The notes under the pieces: generated by a model | Database searches by the model: none | Told to the model about the DNA's origin: nothing | The model's input: the letters and a program-made list of their open reading frames with translations, nothing else | In this document: positions 55,778 through 64,000 of the stretch, in pieces | How positions within the stretch are numbered: the stretch's first letter is position 1 | How the letters are laid out: the number at the start of each line of letters is the position of its first letter | DNA from: the human T2T-CHM13v2.0 reference genome, Homo sapiens | NCBI RefSeq assembly: GCF_009914755.1 | Contig: NC_060932.1 | DNA length: 64,000 bases | Strand: one strand, 5' to 3' | Position numbers and translations under genes: made by a program

Positions 55778-57114
55778 CATAAACATAATTTTGAAAATAG
55801 AAAATAAAAGTTAATTTCCAAACTGGTTTCTGATTCAGTAGAGGGCTACAAAAAGGAAAAAAAACCTACTCACTTAAGCAGAAAAAATGCCCTTGAACTA
55901 TGCGCTTGTTTTATTAGAAATATTCAATGAACTGTGCTCTAAACTAATAAATTTTCTAGTTTTCTCTTGTACTCATGGTCTCAGGACACCGAAGGCAGAG
56001 TTTATATTTTGAGATTTTTTACCAAAATAAAAATAATGGCCCTATTGTATTCCAATTCTGTAAATGAAAAAATCTTACACATAAAGCAGAAATAGGAAAT
56101 GATTCCAAAACTGGAATATTATTAATACATTATAAATATATTACATATTTTAATTCAAAATTAATCTGCAAACCAGTCAGAGTGAAAGAGAGTAAAAACA
56201 TGAATTTTTATTGAGTATTGGCAATAGATTTAAGCACTTTAATTATAATGAATGCATTATTTATTCCAAAAAATGTTCGCTAATGTTTAAATACTACTAC
56301 ATGCAAATGTCTTGTATGAACTATAGAAAAATCAAGTGAGAGTGACAAACATTCACTCACATGACCTTTGTTTTCTGTAGATACTAATCTCAAATTTTAG
56401 TTCTCTGAATTTGAAAAAAATTTTTACAGGCTTTTTAAGCCAATATTTTTAGACAAGATTTTGGAAGAAAAATCTGACTGCTTTACTGCTCAAAGAATTT
56501 TTTTTTAATTTTAGAAAAAAAAAATCCTTGAAGAAGAAATAAAAGGCTTCAGAAGTCATTGATACTTTTGACTGTGACTTTAAGTTGTTTTGATCTACTT
56601 CTTAAGTCTATATCTCTTGGAAGCTGGCTGGATTAAGTGTGTTTCTCTTCACTGGAAATAAAGTATTGAAGTAATAATTTCAGAGCCAAATGGCAAATAA
56701 AGTGTGCCACGTACATGGTCCAGATGACATCATTTCTGCTGCGCTGAGAAATGCCAAGGAACTGGAAAGCCAGACAACTCCCAGACCATCCCACAGATTG
56801 TGGGTCCTGTCCCTCATACTCAGTACAGGTCTGTATGTAATAATCTAAACACTAGATCTGGCACTACTCTGTATCTTTTACAATCGTATTAGTCAGGTCT
56901 TCCTGAGTTTTGTTAAACTAGATTTCCCAAAATATAAGACTAAATATACTAACATCATTGGCTATTATATGGAAAATAAACTCAATATTTTCAAATATAT
57001 CTGAGGAATATTTTTTGTAAAATTTCTCGGTAAAAACAAGTATAGATAATATATTTATATTTCTGCAGTTCTCATAACATTTTTATATATGCACTTATTT
57101 TTTGAGTAAGTTTA

Positions 57115-58150
57115 AATTTTTTAAAAATTTATTTTTTTGTGGTAAAATACAACATTTACTATTTTAACCATTTTGAATGTACAGTTCAGTGGTTTTAAGT
57201 ACATTCGTGCTGTTATGTAATTATTACCATATCCATCTCCAGAAATCTTTTCATCTTGCAAAACTGAAATTCTACACTCATAAAACAATAACTCCCATTC
57301 CTCCTCTTCCCACTCCACCCCTTTCAACCCATAGAAACTACCATTTTACTTTCCTTTTCTATGATTTTTGACTACTCTAAGTAGCTTATGTAAATGGATT
57401 CATAAAGTATTTGTCTTTTGTGACTGGATTATTTTACTTGGCGTAATGCCCTCAAGTTAATCTATGTTGTAGCATGACAGCTTTCTCTTCATTTTAAAGG
57501 CAAAATAATATAACTTTCTATGTATAGACTACATTTTACTTATTCATTCACCTGTCAGTTGACACTTGGGTTGCTTCTAGGTTTTAGTTATCACGAACAA
57601 TGCTACTAAGAAGACAGGTGTTGAAATACTTCTTAAGACACTGCTTTAAATTATTTTGAGTATACATAGAGAAGTGGAATTACGGGATTATATGGTCCTT
57701 CTATTAATAAATTTTTTGAGAAATCGGCATATTGTTTTACATAGTGGCTGTACCATTTTACATCCTCACCAAGAATGAAGAACACTTCTAATTTCCCTAC
57801 ATGTTCCCCAACACTCATTATTTTCTGGGTTTTTTATTTTTTGATAGTTGTCATCTTAAGCCATTTGAGGTGTCATCTCTGTGTTTTGAATTGCATTTCT
57901 CCAATGAATAGAGATCTTGAGCATATTTTCATGTCCTTAGTGGTCATTTGTATATTTCAGAAGGGGGAAATGTCTATATACATTCTTCACCTATTTTTTA
58001 ATTGAGTCTTTCTTTAATTGTTGAGTTTTAGAAGTTCTCCATATATCCTAAATATTAGTTGGTTACAGGTTTATGATTTGCAAATATATTCTCCATTATT
58101 TGTGTTGCCTTTTTACACTGTTGTTAGTGTGTTTTGATGTAATTTTTAAA
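57115..58150 (-). mobile_element. L1MB-like 3' region
   Basis: TTGTGGTAAAATAC..TACAGTTCAGTGG..CATCTTGCAAAACTGAAA..; ORF2 end. Confidence 0.85.
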
Positions 58151-58199
58151 TTTAATCAATAGATGAATGGATAAATAAAATTTATTACATGTACACATC

Positions 58200-60463
58200 C
58201 TTTTCAGTAGTTGATGTCACAAAATTATATCTTTATACCAAAACAAAAAAATTTAAATTATTACTTAATTAACAGTTAAAACAATGTGATAATTTTGTTA
58301 TCACTTTATATATTATTGTTTTTATTATTAAATAATTTTTAATAACTTATTTACCTTTAAATTAATACTTTAAGTTTTAATTAATGTTTTAAATTAGATC
58401 TAAAACAAAAATATTGTAAATTAATTATTGTATATTTATTTTAAAATGTAAAACTCTATTCAATACTGAAAATAACTTTTCTTAATGCATGAATGTTTTA
58501 AATTATGTAGAAAACAAAAAATTGACTTTTAATCTAATGGTACAATATAATTTTAACTAATAATTATATTTACAAATTTAGTAGTCTATTAAATTGTGTA
58601 GAAAACAAAAAGTGGAGTCACACACCTGTTACAATGATTCTAGCTCCTATAATTGGCCACATGTTTACTTCACTGTGATTTCTGTTTCTTCATATTGCTC
58701 TGAGTTATTCTCCAGTCTTCTTTCATTTCAACCTGCAGGACTCTCTTTATCATTTCTTGCAGGATATGTCTAGTGGTATGTATGAATTATGTCAGCTCTT
58801 TTTTCTTGGGAATGTCTTCATTTCTCACTAACTTTTGAAGGACGGTTTTGCGAGATTTGGAATTTTTTTGTAGAACATTTTTTTCTTTTATCCCTTTGAA
58901 TATATCAGCCCAATGACTCCCAAAATTTCTGATAAGCATTCTACCTATAATCTTAATTAAAATCCTTTGATGCGACAAATTGCTCGTTTCTTGCTGCATT
59001 CAAATTTATCTTTTTCTTTTGAAAGTTTGATTATAATGTGTCTCAGTGTGCATCTTCTTTGGTTCATATTAAGTTGTGTTTAGATTCGTGTTTGTGCTTC
59101 CTTATGTTCATATTCATTTCATTCATCAAATATGCAAAGTGTTCAGCCATCATTTCTTCAGATATTCTCTGTTGTTTTCTCTTTCTCTTCCCCTTCTGAG
59201 ACTCTCACAATACATGTTGGTCCACTTGGTGTCCCACAAGTCTCTTACGCTCTGTTCACATTTCACAATCTTATTTCTGTCTTTTCCTCAGAGCTGATAA
59301 TTCCCATTTTCCTATCTTCAAGCTTGGTGATTTTTCTGCTTGCTCAAATCTGCCTTTGAGTCCCTCTAATGAGTTTTTTTTTTTTTATTTTGGTTATTGT
59401 ATTTCTGCTTCCACAGTTTTGTTGTTGTTGTTGTTTCTTTCTTTTTAGATCTTCTAGCTCTTAATTGTTATTTTCATTTTGTTCATATATAATTTTCCTG
59501 ACTTTCTCTGTGTCTTTCTTTGGCTCTTTGAACATCCTTATGACAGTTGTTTTAAAGTCTTTATCCAGTAGATTCATCATCAGGTCTTTTTCAGGGACAG
59601 TTTCTGCTTCTTTTTTTTTAATTCCTCCTTTTAATGTGACACACTTTCCTATATTTCTGTTTCTTTTTTATGCCTTGTGACTTTCTTGTTGAAAACTATT
59701 AATACATATTTGAATATCATAATGTGGTAACTTTTGAAATCTGATTATCTCCTTACCCCAAGGTTTGTACTTTTTTTGTTGTTAATTAGTTTTTATGTTT
59801 CGTTTGTTTGTTTGTCTTTTTCTGTGCCAAGCATCAGCCTATGGTATAAATTTAAGGCCTTCTCTGGTCTTTTCTGAGCCCATGCCTTTCCCTCGGCTTA
59901 TGTGGTGACTTGCTAATCTCTCTTTATGTATGGTTGCTTTTGAATCTCCTAGTCCTCAATTACTGGCTTATAAAAGGGAAAAAAGAGAAAAGTGAAAGAG
60001 AAAAAGTACTGGCTCTTTAAATCATGTGGAATTCACTTTCCCATAGAGGGAATGGATTCAAATGATTAGCAGAGGTGTAACAACAATGGCTGCCACCACA
60101 TTGTCTGCACCTTTGAAATCAGAAGCAGCAGTCAGTGATTAACACATTGATTCTTTATATTTGGAGGACAGTGTCCTTTTTGCCCTTCTTGGCTCTCACA
60201 AGCTGTGTACAAGCTGCTCCAGAAATATGTACACAACTGCCTGCAGTGGGCCTTGGAAGTGGAAGGTGTGAAGCTGCTACTGTGGTAATTGCTAAAATTG
60301 ACAGAAATTAACTGCAATTTACCATCTAAGCCTTCCCATGAACTTTACAAGCCTTCAATAGAGTTCTAAAATAGTTACACAAAACAGATTTAGCCAGCAC
60401 AATTGTTATCTAGGTGGAAAGACAGATTCTTGTTATTTTCTACTCTTCCATCTTTCCAGAATT
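58200..60463 (-). mobile_element. Old L1M ORF1 and 5'UTR (possibly the same element as 57115-58150, with most of ORF2 lost)
   Basis: GGAATGTCTTCATTTCTC..TTTTGAAGGAC, TTTGAAAGTTTGATTATAATGTGTCT; 5' terminus on the minus strand GGAAAGATGGAAGAGTAGA. Confidence 0.7.
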
Positions 60464-60724
60464 CTTATGGATAATATATATTTATGACATATAATATTGA
60501 GAAATTATAGTAGAACCTCTCAAAGCCTTCATATTTTCATCTTCCACTTACTATCCCAAACCATATGCTATTTCTAGGTAAAAGGGGACAGTCTGACAAA
60601 AGTCCTGTAAAATTGACTAGTTGTAAAACCTATGGCAAAACTACATGCTGCCTAATTATGGTGTATAAATTACTATAGGCTACAGTCTGAGTAAAAAAAA
60701 GGCATAAAAATTAAGTTTAGTATA

Positions 60725-60933
60725 CATCCACACTTTCTGTTACAATGCTTACTAAGAATGGACATGTTATATACCTATTTTTTTTAACATGGTGGACACT
60801 AGCCACATGCCATTGTTGGGCACTTGAAATGTGGCTATTATGACAGAGAAACTAGTTTTGAAATTTTATTATTTCACATTAGTTTAAATTTAAATACACA
60901 CATGTGACTAGTGGCTACCATATGTAGCCAGGG
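60725..60933 (+). mobile_element. MER3-like hAT-Charlie element
   Basis: CACTAGCCACATG..GCACTTGAAATGTGGCTA..TTTAAATTTAAATA..CACATGTGACTAGTGGCTACC. Confidence 0.8.
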
Positions 60934-61214
60934 AATATTTTTCTAAATACTTTAATTTGACTAAGTATTTTTATTTTATTGAAGATAGTAAGCATAGAGT
61001 TATGAGGGGCATCACTGTTAAAAATGATAACATTCATTGAATACATAGAACCCACTGATGCTAGCATCAAATTCAACAATAACAATTTTTTTCTACCCAA
61101 AGTCTCTATTAAACTATTGCTATAGAGCATTATAGAAAAATAATAATGAAAATAGTTTTTACATCTGAATTGAAGTTCTCAGTAATTACTTGACATTCTC
61201 AGGAATTACCAATT

Positions 61215-61275
61215 TTTGGTATTTGCCTGGCACATAGTAGGTATTCAGTTACTATTGAATGAATGCATGAATAAA
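61215..61275 (+). mobile_element. L2 3' tip
   Basis: TGCCTGGCACATAGTAGGTATTCA..TTGAATGAATG. Confidence 0.7.
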
Positions 61276-61325
61276 CAACTGATAATATTTTATTCTATAG
61301 AAATTTCTGTTAAAATAATATTTGT

Positions 61326-61965
<640 letters not shown>

Positions 61966-62469
61966 ATTTCATTATAATTTGGTATTTATTTAGCTATTAA
62001 CTTTTAATTTTCTCATAACTAAAGTTTTGATAAAATTATTTATTACTCATTAAAGGAATGTATAGTTGTGAATATATGTCTTTTAAACATATCTACATGT
62101 TAAATTATTTTAGGGAAGCCTCATTTTTTTAAACTTATTTTTATTCCTGCACACCAGTACAGAGCTTTTTCAATTAGGTAGCATTCCATTAAAATTTTCG
62201 TTTTAATTTGATGTCCATGAGGACATAAAGCTTTTCAGAATATCTGTATTGGCATTTTGTCAGTGATTTCTACAAGAATAAGAAATGAGATGGAAATCAT
62301 TAGTAATATTGGAAAAACAACAGCTGTTACTGTTTATGTACACTTCCAACAGCAAGACTAGAAATCTCCACGGTTGTTAGATAAACCCAGTTTCACTCCT
62401 TTAAATGTTCACTAACATTGCAGGAACACCTATTAACATCCAAACAAAAAGTTGAAAGAAGTCTTTTCT

Positions 62470-62565
62470 GTATATGTTATATACATATATATTATATATA
62501 CACATACACATATATACATATATACACTATGTATTTATTTGCACTTATATATAAATGTATATACA
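62470..62565. repeat. (TA)/(CA)-rich simple repeat
   Basis: Visible tract. Confidence 0.8.
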
Positions 62566-62899
62566 TGAATTTTTAATTTTAAGCAATTATATTCTCCACA
62601 ATAATCTTCATGAATTAGTAAAGATTATTTGGTGTTTGATGTTTAGAATCCTTTCTCTTTTATAGTATTAAAAATATATATGTCAATTTTGAGATTAACG
62701 TAGTCATTTTTAAAGCAACAGAGCCTATGGGTTGTTAAGTTTTGTCTCATCAGTAGCCAAGCTGAGCCATACAAAGCCTTAAAAAAATGAGCTCTATGCC
62801 TGTTACTTCAAAGTAACTACTGAGAATCAACTAAGCTTTTCATTCACTCTTCTTTTCAATCTGCTCCTAAAATATAGGCATCTCCCTGGACAAACACTG

Positions 62900-64000
62900 A
62901 ACAAAACATTGCTTCCTTAATATACTGTGATTCTTTGTCACTGATTTAGGAATATACCCCTCCCTTTCCTTTCAAAATTTTACAAAGTGCCTTCTGGAAT
63001 TGCAGCACCGTAGTTAGCTACTTTCATACAACTTCAGTTCTCTCCAGTGTACTATTCACCTGTTTCATAATTAATACCTATGTCTTCCCCAAAGACATAA
63101 CTTCCCTGCTCTCAACTCTTTTTTCTCTCACACATCATTCTTTGTGATGTGTCCTTATTTTTCTCAAGTAATGATTCTAGTCCTATTTTATCTACTTTAG
63201 AGGAAATATTTTTGAGGACCATGTCTATTGAGTTCTCTATTTTGCCCCTTCGTTTTGTTCTCAAGTTTCATGCCAAGTTATGCCTTCATTCACGAAAACA
63301 CTGAGATCTATGTGAATTCATGATTAATCTCCTCATTTTCCCCTTCCCCAGACCTCTTTTCACTATAGCTTTCTCTGAGCCCCTCTGGATCTTATTACAA
63401 CATTAAACTTTGTTCCACCCATAACTGCTCTTTCATTCAAATCACGAATTCAAGCACCCCATTAGTTGTTCCATAGTATGTTCTCTGTGCAGCTAGTTTG
63501 TACAACTATCCTTATGATTACTGCTATTTGATCTCATTGGAGTCTTCAATTCGTTAATCTTTCTTTATTTCTTCCAGTTCATCAACCTTCTTTTTATTCA
63601 CTTCCCTCATTATCTAAATTACAAATACTATTATTTCAATAACATTCTTGCTGTTATCTAAAGATCTTTATTCCTCTGCCATGAGATCTCATCATTTTAG
63701 CAACATGTAAACCTAGGTAAACCATATATTTTATTTATTCATGCTTATACCCAATACCTTAGCATGCTCCATAAAAGGATAGGTGGGTTCCACTACTTAT
63801 TCAAAATTATCAACCTCGAATCAGGTCTTAGTAATATTGGATATCTTTACAAATTTTCTTTGGCTATCTCAATCTAATTCTGAGCTATACAGGCATTCCA
63901 CTTCCCAGATAAATGGAATTTTCTCAATTTTCTGCACTTAATACACAAACTCAACTATGTATGCACCAATTTACTTATATCCTGTTTGAATTATATGATT
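62900..64000 (+). mobile_element. Possible degraded L2 ORF region
   Basis: C/T-rich text resembling L2 internal sequence; no diagnostic terminus seen. Confidence 0.35.

Overview
AT-rich, CpG-poor primate (human-like) genomic DNA, intergenic or deep intronic. I find no credible protein-coding gene, RNA gene, CpG-island promoter or prokaryotic-type system. The ORF-track entries come from Alu, L1, LTR or microsatellite sequence, or are short chance ORFs. The window is a layered record of transposable elements: about ten Alus (J, S and Y types), young and old L1s including a ~6.9 kb L1MA with both ends present, L2/MIR relics, MaLR/ERV solo LTRs (THE1, MST, MLT1B, MLT2, MER52), a near full-length Tigger2 with a nested THE1, MER44, MER3 and long purine-pyrimidine microsatellites. 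The most unusual structures are a 122-bp chimeric inverted repeat in an old L1 (50444-51397), a 17-bp perfect hairpin inserted in an L1 (30575-30617), two 5'-inverted L1 insertions, a three-monomer Alu and a tandem duplication of an Alu 3' end plus its flank. Repeat subfamily names come from recalled consensus sequences, not from a search, and boundaries of old elements are approximate. I do not see evidence for a novel biological system.
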